Source: a bacterium (GTDB lineage: Bacteria; Actinomycetota; Acidimicrobiia; Acidimicrobiales; CATQHL01). From it: a stretch of DNA of 64,000 bases. Below are positions 35,651-43,588 of the stretch, in pieces (positions within the stretch are counted from its first letter, which is position 1; the number at the start of each line of letters is the position of its first letter). The DNA lies in assembly GCA_026708055.1 (NCBI GenBank), contig JAPOVS010000054.1:61697-125696 (forward strand), read 5' to 3'. Below the pieces are notes generated by a model. It was not told where the DNA came from. It worked only from the letters and a program-made list of their open reading frames with translations, and did not search any database. A program made the position numbers and the translations under genes.

Positions 35651-36655
35651 CTACTCGCCGGCCAGGAGGGCGGCGAAGCGGCGGCGCCACTCCACCGACG
35701 GCTTGTCGGACTGCACGCTGACGGTTCCGGCCAGTTCGAGCGGCAGCACGCCGTCGAGTCTCTCCAGCATCGTCTTGTCCTCGGCCCCGATGGCCAGATC
35801 GAAGCGGATCACCTCGTCGGACGGCACCGAGAAGTCGTCGTTGCGCCACACCACGAAGATGAAGTACGAGGTGACGTCGTCGATCGGCGTCGACAGCAGC
35901 AGCAGGATGTGCTCGAGACCTGTCTCGTACGCGATGGTGCTCCGGCAGGCGAACGGCAGGGCGAACCCGCTGGACATCCTGCGGGTGACCGCCCCGGTGC
36001 CCGGCACGCCCGAGGTGGCGGCGGCGATCTCGGGATTGCTGACGGTCACGTCGTAGGCGTAGCCGAAGAAGCTGTCGTCCAGCTGCTCCAACTCCAGCCG
36101 CGGCACCACCTCGTCGGTCTCGCCGCCGATCGTGCCGGCGTGCACGAACGGGAAATGGGTGATGTCCAGGAAGTTGTCGACCATGCGCGTGGCCGACGTC
36201 GTCCAGATCTCCACGTCGGGGTTGATTCGGCGGAACGCCGGGTCGTCCTCCTGGACGATCTTCGGGACGTCCTCGCGCGGGACTCCCGGGCACAGCCACA
36301 CGAGGCCGTAGCGCTCCTGCACCCCCACCGGGTCCAGGTGGGCTCGGGGAGGGACGGGCACGCCCGGCTGCGCGGAGGGCACCAGCACGCAGCGGCCCCC
36401 GACGCCGAAGCGCCAGCCGTGATAGCAGCACTGCAGGCAGCCGTCGATGACCGTGCCCGCCGAGAGGGGCGCCTCGCGGTGGGGGCAGCGGTCGGCCGAC
36501 GCCACCGGCACCCCGTCCGGGTCTCGCCAGACGACGTAGGACCTTCCCAGAACGCGGACCCCCAGGGGCCCCGGGGCGACGTCACCGCTGCGGGCCACCG
36601 CATACCAGGCGTCCGCCAGGACGGGATTCTCCGAGAAGACGTGCGTCGTGCTCAT
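35651..36655 (-). CDS. Rieske [2Fe-2S] non-heme iron oxygenase (PaO/KshA-like)
   Basis: Rieske motif CPHREAPLS...CCYHGWRF. ATG at 36655. Confidence 0.8.
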   Translation of the reverse strand: MSTTHVFSENPVLADAWYAVARSGDVAPGPLGVRVLGRSYVVWRDPDGVPVASADRCPHREAPLSAGTVIDGCLQCCYHGWRFGVGGRCVLVPSAQPGVPVPPRAHLDPVGVQERYGLVWLCPGVPREDVPKIVQEDDPAFRRINPDVEIWTTSATRMVDNFLDITHFPFVHAGTIGGETDEVVPRLELEQLDDSFFGYAYDVTVSNPEIAAATSGVPGTGAVTRRMSSGFALPFACRSTIAYETGLEHILLLLSTPIDDVTSYFIFVVWRNDDFSVPSDEVIRFDLAIGAEDKTMLERLDGVLPLELAGTVSVQSDKPSVEWRRRFAALLAGE

Positions 36656-36708
36656 GGTGCCGGCGAGACCGCGCCGCCGCTCGCACACGCCGGCCGGCGT
36701 GCCTGATG

Positions 36709-36735
36709 CTGGATTCCGGCCTGCGCCGGAATGGC
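36709..36735 (+). repeat. REP/MITE-like palindromic element (short form)
   Basis: CTGGATTCCGGCCTGCGCCGGAATGGC. Confidence 0.8.
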
Positions 36736-36957
36736 GATACGGGTGATCCCCAGCACAGTTCAGCAGTCTCCCAGGGTGCGCCGGTGCTGTCCTGGTGGAA
36801 CCTTACGACATGAGCGGCCCAGAGCGAAGCCCACCGCTCCGCTCACCTGCCGGTTTCCCACACCGGAGAACCGTCGGGGAAACGTCGCGAGGGCCATCCT
36901 GCTAGCTTGGCGGCGGCGCGGCCGAGCCGCGAACCCGAAGACCTGGAAGGTGCTCCA

Positions 36958-37446
36958 ATGGGATACCCGAACACGCTGATCTTCGTCGACTTCCCCAGTG
37001 ACGACCCCGAGGCTTCGGCCCGTTTCTACGAGCAGGTCTTCGGCTGGGAGGTCGAGGGGCGACCCGCGGGTACCTTCCACCGCATCGTGCCGGGCAACGA
37101 GTTCCTGAAGGACGGCGAGCCCTCCGGGGTCGGCAACCTGCACATGGGCATCCACAACATCGCCAACGCCCGCCCGCACCCGGATCCCGCCGGTGTCGAG
37201 CCCCGGACCCTGCGCACCGAGGGCCGCTGCCAGCGCATGTGGATCCTGGTCAGCCCCGACGACAGCGCCGACCGCATTCTCGACACGGCCCTGAGCCTCG
37301 GCGCCACCGAGCTGTGGCGCAACCATTACTGGGCGGAGTTCAACGGCTTCAACTGCGCCTTCGAGGATCCGTGGGGCAACACGTTCGTCCTCTGGACCCA
37401 GGGGGGCGACGACCCGCAGATCCCCGAGGGCTGGACCAGCGAGTAG
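36958..37446 (+). CDS. VOC (glyoxalase/bleomycin-resistance/dioxygenase) family protein
   Basis: ATG at 36958. Contains LIFVDFPSDDPEASARFYEQVFGWEV...FEDPWGNTFVLW. Confidence 0.7.
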   Translation: MGYPNTLIFVDFPSDDPEASARFYEQVFGWEVEGRPAGTFHRIVPGNEFLKDGEPSGVGNLHMGIHNIANARPHPDPAGVEPRTLRTEGRCQRMWILVSPDDSADRILDTALSLGATELWRNHYWAEFNGFNCAFEDPWGNTFVLWTQGGDDPQIPEGWTSE

Positions 37447-37475
37447 CCGCCGGAGCACACAAGGGAGGACAATCC

Positions 37476-38033
37476 ATGAGCGAAGAGCAGTCCGGGTTCG
37501 CCCGCGGCGCCGCCGAGACCCGCGCGGCGGTCGGGATGACCGGCGCCGTGGACGCGGCGAGCCGCCCGGACGTCTATTCCGACCATCCCACCACGGCGCG
37601 CTGGACCCACGTGGCCCTGCCGTGCGCCGACATCGACGCCTCCATCGACTTCTACACGAAGTTCACGCCGATGGAGCTGTTGGACAAGCGCACCGACGCC
37701 CTGGGCCACGGCGCCTGGCTGGGCCATTCCGACGCCGCCGAGCGGCCCTTCATCCTGGTGCTCATCGAGTTCTTCGCCAGCAGCGGCCAGGAGGGGCTCG
37801 GCCTGCTGAAGCCGTTCGCCCACCTCGGCATCGAGCTCCCCACCCTCGAAGCCGTCGACGAGATCGCCGCCCGCGGCGAGGCCGCTGGCTGCCTGAACAT
37901 GGCCCCCACCGAGATGCCCCCGCCCGTCGGCTACATCTGCGCCCTCAACGACCCCGACGGCAACGTCATCGAGTACTCCTACGACCAGGGCGTCTACTCC
38001 ACCGCCAAGACCGTCTGGGGCAACGGCGACTGA
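37476..38033 (+). CDS. VOC family protein, copy 1
   Basis: ATG at 37476. Contains WTHVALPCADIDASIDFYTKFTPM...LNDPDGNVIEYSY. Confidence 0.75.
   Translation: MSEEQSGFARGAAETRAAVGMTGAVDAASRPDVYSDHPTTARWTHVALPCADIDASIDFYTKFTPMELLDKRTDALGHGAWLGHSDAAERPFILVLIEFFASSGQEGLGLLKPFAHLGIELPTLEAVDEIAARGEAAGCLNMAPTEMPPPVGYICALNDPDGNVIEYSYDQGVYSTAKTVWGNGD
37498..38033 (+). repeat. 536-bp direct repeat, left copy
   Basis: Matches 40083-40618. I saw only 3 mismatches, all within the first about 70 bp. The encoded proteins and the antisense ORFs are otherwise identical. Confidence 0.9.
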
Positions 38034-38092
38034 AGCGATCGGCGGCGATGTCGGACGGGATAGTCCTTGTGGCTGGTGAGAGATACGTCGAT

Positions 38093-38120
38093 TTACTCAT
38101 GTAGTTCTTGATCTATACTG
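38093..38120 (+). promoter_or_regulatory. candidate sigma-70-type promoter (TTTACT-16 nt-TATACT), possibly leaderless transcript
   Basis: The only AT-rich patch upstream of the ankyrin gene. The -10 element ends 9 nt before GTG 38130. Confidence 0.3.
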
Positions 38121-38129
38121 CTCGGCCGC

Positions 38130-39422
38130 GTGGACGGGGATGCTGTCTTGCGGACGTTTGTGGCCGGTTCGACGGGAGGGGTTCTGATGATCGCGCGGTT
38201 CGTTCGGGTCCTGTGGAGTAGGTCGGTATGGGCGGTCGGGTCGCCTCGGGGGACGAGGAGTTCTGGTCCGCAGGCAGTCTCGATCCGGCGCGGATTGTCC
38301 TTGGCGGCGGCATGCGTGTTGGTGCTGGCCGTTGTGGTGGGTTCGGTGACGGTCGCCGCAGCCGATCCGGTCGGGGCGCAGGACGGTACCGGTGAGGTAC
38401 GGATCGTGGCTCGACGCCTGACCGATGGTCGGGTGGAGTTCGGTTTGCAGGCGCGCACCGCGGGCGATTCATGGGGTGAGCGGTTGCTGCCGTCGCAGCG
38501 GTTCTTCCCGACCTCGGCGTCGGTCGGTCGCTGGTTGGTCTCCTCGCCGCTGGATGTGGCGCCCGGAGAGGTGCGCATCGTGGCGCGCCGCTTGGCGGAT
38601 GGTCGGGTGGAGTTCGGTTTGCAGGCGCGCACCGCGGGCGATTCGTGGGGTGAGCGGTTGTTGCCGTCGCGGCGGTTCTTCCCGACCTCGGCGTCGGTGG
38701 GTCGCTGGTTGGTCTCCTCGCCGCTGCGGCCGGGCGCGGCACCCGCGCAATGCCCCACCGGAACGACCGAGGAGACCTGGATCGGCGAGGCCTTCTGGCG
38801 TGCGGCGAACGTTGCGCGGGTACGCCTCGAGTTGCGCTGCGGTGCCGACCCCAACGCGGTGAAGGTCTACGACCCTTCGGACTATGACCCTCCGGCCGGA
38901 TGCGGCGACAATTGCGTCGAGCCCCCCTATGAGTTGGAGTACTCGGTTCTGCACTCGGCGGCGGTGTACAACGCGGATCCGGCGGTGATCCAGGTTCTAC
39001 TGGACGCCGGCGCCAACATCTGGGCGGATTCAGTCCTTGGGTCGCCTCTGCATCTTGCGGCCGCACACGGCAATCTGGTGACGGTTCGTGCGCTGCTGGA
39101 CGCCAGCGCCGATTTCGAGGAGCCGCGCGGCTTCTACCACTGGATGCCTCTGCACAGCGCGGCGGCAAGCAGTCACGATCCGGCGGTGATCCAGGTGCTG
39201 CTGGACGCCGGCGCAAATATCGAAGCGAGGGGCGTCGGCAGCTGGACGCCGCTGCACTGGGCGGCCTCATACAACCAGAATCCGGCGGTGATCCAGGTGC
39301 TGCTGGACGCCGGCGCTGACCTCGAGGCGAGGGACGCTGAAAACTGGACGCCTCTTGATCTGGCGCGGCAAAGAGGCGGCGCCGCAACCATCCGGGTGCT
39401 TGAGGAGGCGGCCGGTTCCTGA
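38130..39422 (+). CDS. secreted N-module (x2) + ankyrin-repeat protein
   Basis: Hydrophobic signal, two EVRIVARRL.DGRVEFGLQARTAGDSWGERLLPS.RFFPTSASVGRWLVSSPL units, then about 4-5 ankyrin repeats (SPLHLAAAHGN...LLDAGA...TPLHWAA). The start is uncertain (38130 or 38187). Confidence 0.8.
   Translation: MDGDAVLRTFVAGSTGGVLMIARFVRVLWSRSVWAVGSPRGTRSSGPQAVSIRRGLSLAAACVLVLAVVVGSVTVAAADPVGAQDGTGEVRIVARRLTDGRVEFGLQARTAGDSWGERLLPSQRFFPTSASVGRWLVSSPLDVAPGEVRIVARRLADGRVEFGLQARTAGDSWGERLLPSRRFFPTSASVGRWLVSSPLRPGAAPAQCPTGTTEETWIGEAFWRAANVARVRLELRCGADPNAVKVYDPSDYDPPAGCGDNCVEPPYELEYSVLHSAAVYNADPAVIQVLLDAGANIWADSVLGSPLHLAAAHGNLVTVRALLDASADFEEPRGFYHWMPLHSAAASSHDPAVIQVLLDAGANIEARGVGSWTPLHWAASYNQNPAVIQVLLDAGADLEARDAENWTPLDLARQRGGAATIRVLEEAAGS
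38394..38726 (+). repeat. tandem repeat, 174-bp unit x2 (N-module)
   Basis: 38394-38560 and 38568-38726 are highly similar at the DNA level. Confidence 0.8.
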
Positions 39423-39583
39423 GCGGCCGGCGCTGCGCGGCTACGCCGTTGCTGCCGTGCCGCAGTGGGGTTCGGGACAAAGCCTTCGCCATGGCTGTCT
39501 CCTCACATCGAACTCGAACCGCGGACTGAGCTTCCCCCCACCCCCATCATCGCGGACTCAGCCCGCTCAAGTCCGAAGAGCCA

Positions 39584-39871
39584 CTATTCCTCGATAAGTC
39601 TTCGCATCGCGTCCTTGACGCTGCGCATCTCCCGGAGACTGTGGAGACCAGTCAGCGCACCCACCATGGTGGTCCCGAACACGGACAGGCGGAGCGTTTG
39701 CAGCAGGCCGATGGAGAAAGTGGCCATCATCCCCCACGGACCGCTGGCGGCGAGATTGTCTCCCAACTCCCTGAGTCGTCTCATGACGCTGCAAGCGTCC
39801 AACATTCCCTGATCGAGGAGGCTCCAATCTCCGCCGAGATCGCCCTCCGGATCGAGCATCCGATCGATCAT
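39584..39871 (-). CDS. small hypothetical membrane protein (possibly 5'-truncated)
   Basis: First ATG at 39871. Hydrophobic C-terminal half GPWGMMATFSIGLLQTLRLSVFGTTMVGALTGL. The ORF continues upstream into the antisense strand of VOC copy 2. Lies in a lower-GC patch. Confidence 0.3.
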   Translation of the reverse strand: MIDRMLDPEGDLGGDWSLLDQGMLDACSVMRRLRELGDNLAASGPWGMMATFSIGLLQTLRLSVFGTTMVGALTGLHSLREMRSVKDAMRRLIEE

Positions 39872-40082
39872 CGGCTCGATCAGGTCGTCCTGATTCCAGC
39901 AATCCTCCAGTTCCTCCCGGAGTTGCCTCCTCAATTCCTGCCGCAGTTCCCGATCGAGGCGCTCGAACTCCGCCTCACCGTCGAACCTGCAATCGGCCGC
40001 TCCCCTGGTCTCGCAGTGTGCCTCCAGGTCTCCGACCAGGACGGCCTCACCGCAGACCTCGGCATAGCCCGAGACCGTCGCG

Positions 40083-40618
40083 TCGCCCGCGGCGCCGCCG
40101 AGACCCGCGCGGCGGTCGGGATGACCGGCACCGTGGACGCGGCGACGCGCCCGGACGTCTATTCCGACCATCCCACCACGGCGCGCTGGACCCACGTGGC
40201 CCTGCCGTGCGCCGACATCGACGCCTCCATCGACTTCTACACGAAGTTCACGCCGATGGAGCTGTTGGACAAGCGCACCGACGCCCTGGGCCACGGCGCC
40301 TGGCTGGGCCATTCCGACGCCGCCGAGCGGCCCTTCATCCTGGTGCTCATCGAGTTCTTCGCCAGCAGCGGCCAGGAGGGGCTCGGCCTGCTGAAGCCGT
40401 TCGCCCACCTCGGCATCGAGCTCCCCACCCTCGAAGCCGTCGACGAGATCGCCGCCCGCGGCGAGGCCGCTGGCTGCCTGAACATGGCCCCCACCGAGAT
40501 GCCCCCGCCCGTCGGCTACATCTGCGCCCTCAACGACCCCGACGGCAACGTCATCGAGTACTCCTACGACCAGGGCGTCTACTCCACCGCCAAGACCGTC
40601 TGGGGCAACGGCGACTGA
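40083..40618 (+). repeat. 536-bp direct repeat, right copy
   Basis: See 37498-38033. Confidence 0.9.
40121..40618 (+). CDS. VOC family protein, copy 2 (5'-truncated duplicate)
   Basis: Protein identical to copy 1 except for two substitutions. Lacks the copy-1 start; the first in-frame ATG inside the repeat is 40121. Confidence 0.6.
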   Translation: MTGTVDAATRPDVYSDHPTTARWTHVALPCADIDASIDFYTKFTPMELLDKRTDALGHGAWLGHSDAAERPFILVLIEFFASSGQEGLGLLKPFAHLGIELPTLEAVDEIAARGEAAGCLNMAPTEMPPPVGYICALNDPDGNVIEYSYDQGVYSTAKTVWGNGD

Positions 40619-40644
40619 CGGCGCCCTGCGGCTGCGCCGAGCCC

Positions 40645-43584
40645 TCAACTCGGGCCGAAGCGGGTGTTTCCCTGCCCCCAGCAGACGAGGGTCGCGTCGG
40701 TGCGCAGCGCGCACGAATGTCTCACGCCGGCGGCGATGGCGGTGTAGGAGCCGTCGGGCGCGTCGGCCTGCCCGTGGCCGTTCAGACCCCAGCAGACGAC
40801 AGAGCCGTCGGCGCGCAGAGCGCACGAATGTCGCCCACCCGCGGCGATGGCCGTGTAGGAGCCGTCAGGCGGATCGGCCTGACCCGAGTCGTTCTCCCCC
40901 CAGCAGACGGCCGAACCATCAGTCCGCAGAGCGCACGAATGAACGTCGCCAGCGGCGATGGCGGTGTAGGAACCGTCGGGTGGATCGGCCTGACCCGAAC
41001 CGTCGTCCCCCCAGCAGACGGCCGAACCATCAGTCCGCAGAGCGCACGAATGACTGCCCGAATAATCGCCGCCGGCGGCTATGGCGGTATAGGAACCGTC
41101 GGGCGCGTCGGCCGTCTGACCCGAGTAGTTGTCGCCCCAGCAGACGGCCGCACCATCGGTGCCCAACGCGCACGAATGCCGATAGCCGGCGGCGACGACG
41201 GTGTAGGCGCCCTCGGGAGCGCTGGATTGCCAAAGGTTGTCCAGGCCCCAGCAGACGATCGAGCCGTCGTCCCCCAAGGCGCACGAATGCCACCTGCCGG
41301 CGGCGATTGCGGCATAGGCGCCATCGGGAGCGTCGGTTTGTCCGCTGCTGTTCAGACCCCAGCAGACGATCGAGCCGTCGGCCCTCAAGGCGCACGAATG
41401 CCATCCGCTGGCAGCGACGGCGGTGTAGGCGCCGCTGGGCGGCAATGCCTGCCCGTACGTGTCGAGGCCCCAGCACTCGACACGGCCGTCGGTGTCCAGC
41501 GCGCACGAATGGTCAAAGCCGGCGGCAATGGCGGCGTACGTGCCGTCGGGCGGGAATTCGTGCCCGAAGGTGTATTGACCCCAGCACACGAGTGCGGCGT
41601 CGGTGCGCAGCGCGCACGAATGGTCAAAGCCGGCGGCGATAGCGGTATACGTGCCGTCGGGCGCGTCGGTCTGCCCGAACCCGCCATAGCCCCAGCAGAC
41701 AACGGAGCCGTCGGCGCCCAGCGCGCACGAGTGCGACCTGCCAGCGGCGACGGCGGTATAGGCGCCGTCGGGCGCGTCGGTCAGCCCTTCGCTGTTCTGA
41801 CCCCAGCAGACGACAGAGCCGTCGGCGCCCAATGCGCACGAATGCCACCCACCCGCGGCGACGGCGGTATAGGCGCCGCCGGGCGCGTCGGTCTGCCCGA
41901 ACCCGCCATAGCCCCAGCAGACGACAGAGCCGTCGGCGCGCAGAGCGCACGAATGTCGACCACCCGCGGCGATGGCCGTGTAGGGGCCGTCAGGCGGGTC
42001 GGCCTGACCCGAGTCGTTCTCCCCCCAGCAGACAGCCGAACCATCAGTCCGCAGCGCGCACGAATGAACGTCGCCGGCGGCGATGGCGGTGTAGGAGCCG
42101 TCGGGCGCGTCGGTCTGCCCTTCGTCGTTCTCCCCCCAGCAGACGACAGAGCCGTCGGCGCGCAACGCACAGAAGTGCCGAGCGCCGGCGATAGCTGTGT
42201 AGTAGTCGGCGGGGTCGGTGGGCTGGTCCAGGTCGGCGGATCCCGGGAGTCCGGCGGAGGCTAGATCGGCAGATGGAACACAGACCGCCAATCCCTCGGC
42301 GAGCGCTTCTGGCACAGTGGTCTCGGCACCGACGGTGTCCAGAACGGCCCAGTCGAAGTTGATCGACCAATCCAACAAGCAGGACCGGGCGCCCGCACTC
42401 AAGTCTTCTGGTGACCCGCCAGCCTCCATGAACAACATGTCCAGGAACAGGTCCGGGGCGCACTGGCCGAGACTGGAAGCCAGGGCCGCGAACGCGCCGG
42501 CGTGGGAGGAGATTGATTGGGCGGCAAGGTCGAGGCCGATGGTCCAGATGCGCAAGCAAGTCCAGTCCTCATCGGCCAGCGCGTCGGGATCCACACCGAG
42601 CACCTCGAGCAGGACAGGCAGGACGGGGTCCGGAATGCAGCCGAATATGCCGGCCAGGAAGGCCAGATACTCATCGGCGGCAGCGACGTCATCGGACATC
42701 CCGCCAGAGGGAGTCCAGCCGAGGTCAGCAAACCATTCCCGGATGCAGGCACGCTCCTCGTCTTCCACTTGTTCCCACTCGACTCCCAACAGGAAAAGCG
42801 TCGCGATCACTTCCAGGTCCGGGATGCAGTCCGTCGGGTCCGGAGTCAACGCCTCGATCGCCCCGGGCTCGTCGCCGGCGGCAGCCAAAGCAGCCCAGTC
42901 GAAACCGGCCATTCTCTCTTGCAGGCAGGTTCTCTCGTCGCTGCTCGGCTGATAACCCAGATACACCTCGAGGCTTGCAATGGAGCCGGCGAGAAGCACC
43001 GATGTCGCGACTTCAGGCTCGAAACAAGCGAACAGCGCGACATCGTCTGGCCAGAGTTCGATGCTCACAACTCTCTGTCGCAGCAGCGACTGCAACGGTC
43101 CGTCGTCCAGAACGCGCCGAACGCAGGATTGCTCCTCGAACGAAAGTTCGTCGAACACGTCCTGCCAGACGGTGTCGCCGTCTATCTCGATGCTGCCGGT
43201 CGCACCGGCCTCGGTCGTCTCCGGCACCGTGCCCGCGGGAGAGGGGAGTCGGTCCGGGGACGGAGCGGCCAGGGTCGCAGGCGTCGTCGCAGCAGCAGTC
43301 GCCGGCGGGGGCGACTCGTCCACTGACTGTGTGGGGGGCGACGCCGTAGCGGCCTGCGTTGGCGGACGGCGGGGCCGCGTGGATGGCGACTCGTCCACTG
43401 ACTGTGTGGGGGGCGACGCCGTAGCCCCACCGACGTCCTGCCGTCTGCCGTCTCCGCATGTCACAAGCACCGCGACTACTCCCAGGCACACCAGAATGAG
43501 AGTCGAGAGTCGCCGGCTCCTCGACCGGGCGCTGAACCGCCGAGAGCGGCGCGACATCCACGCGGCGCGGGGAGGGTCGCCCAC
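40645..43584 (-). CDS. large lipoprotein: Pro/Thr linker + Cys-containing helical repeats + about 14 RCC1_2-type repeats
   Basis: Lipobox LVTCG. Four to five repeats of C.(R/E).W...(D)W....C(I/A/V)PD, then Y(T/A)A(I/V)AAG..HSCAL..DGS.VCWG.N..GQ.D.PDG repeated about 14 times. Confidence 0.8.
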   Translation of the reverse strand: MGDPPRAAWMSRRSRRFSARSRSRRLSTLILVCLGVVAVLVTCGDGRRQDVGGATASPPTQSVDESPSTRPRRPPTQAATASPPTQSVDESPPPATAAATTPATLAAPSPDRLPSPAGTVPETTEAGATGSIEIDGDTVWQDVFDELSFEEQSCVRRVLDDGPLQSLLRQRVVSIELWPDDVALFACFEPEVATSVLLAGSIASLEVYLGYQPSSDERTCLQERMAGFDWAALAAAGDEPGAIEALTPDPTDCIPDLEVIATLFLLGVEWEQVEDEERACIREWFADLGWTPSGGMSDDVAAADEYLAFLAGIFGCIPDPVLPVLLEVLGVDPDALADEDWTCLRIWTIGLDLAAQSISSHAGAFAALASSLGQCAPDLFLDMLFMEAGGSPEDLSAGARSCLLDWSINFDWAVLDTVGAETTVPEALAEGLAVCVPSADLASAGLPGSADLDQPTDPADYYTAIAGARHFCALRADGSVVCWGENDEGQTDAPDGSYTAIAAGDVHSCALRTDGSAVCWGENDSGQADPPDGPYTAIAAGGRHSCALRADGSVVCWGYGGFGQTDAPGGAYTAVAAGGWHSCALGADGSVVCWGQNSEGLTDAPDGAYTAVAAGRSHSCALGADGSVVCWGYGGFGQTDAPDGTYTAIAAGFDHSCALRTDAALVCWGQYTFGHEFPPDGTYAAIAAGFDHSCALDTDGRVECWGLDTYGQALPPSGAYTAVAASGWHSCALRADGSIVCWGLNSSGQTDAPDGAYAAIAAGRWHSCALGDDGSIVCWGLDNLWQSSAPEGAYTVVAAGYRHSCALGTDGAAVCWGDNYSGQTADAPDGSYTAIAAGGDYSGSHSCALRTDGSAVCWGDDGSGQADPPDGSYTAIAAGDVHSCALRTDGSAVCWGENDSGQADPPDGSYTAIAAGGRHSCALRADGSVVCWGLNGHGQADAPDGSYTAIAAGVRHSCALRTDATLVCWGQGNTRFGPS

Positions 43585-43588
43585 AGGC

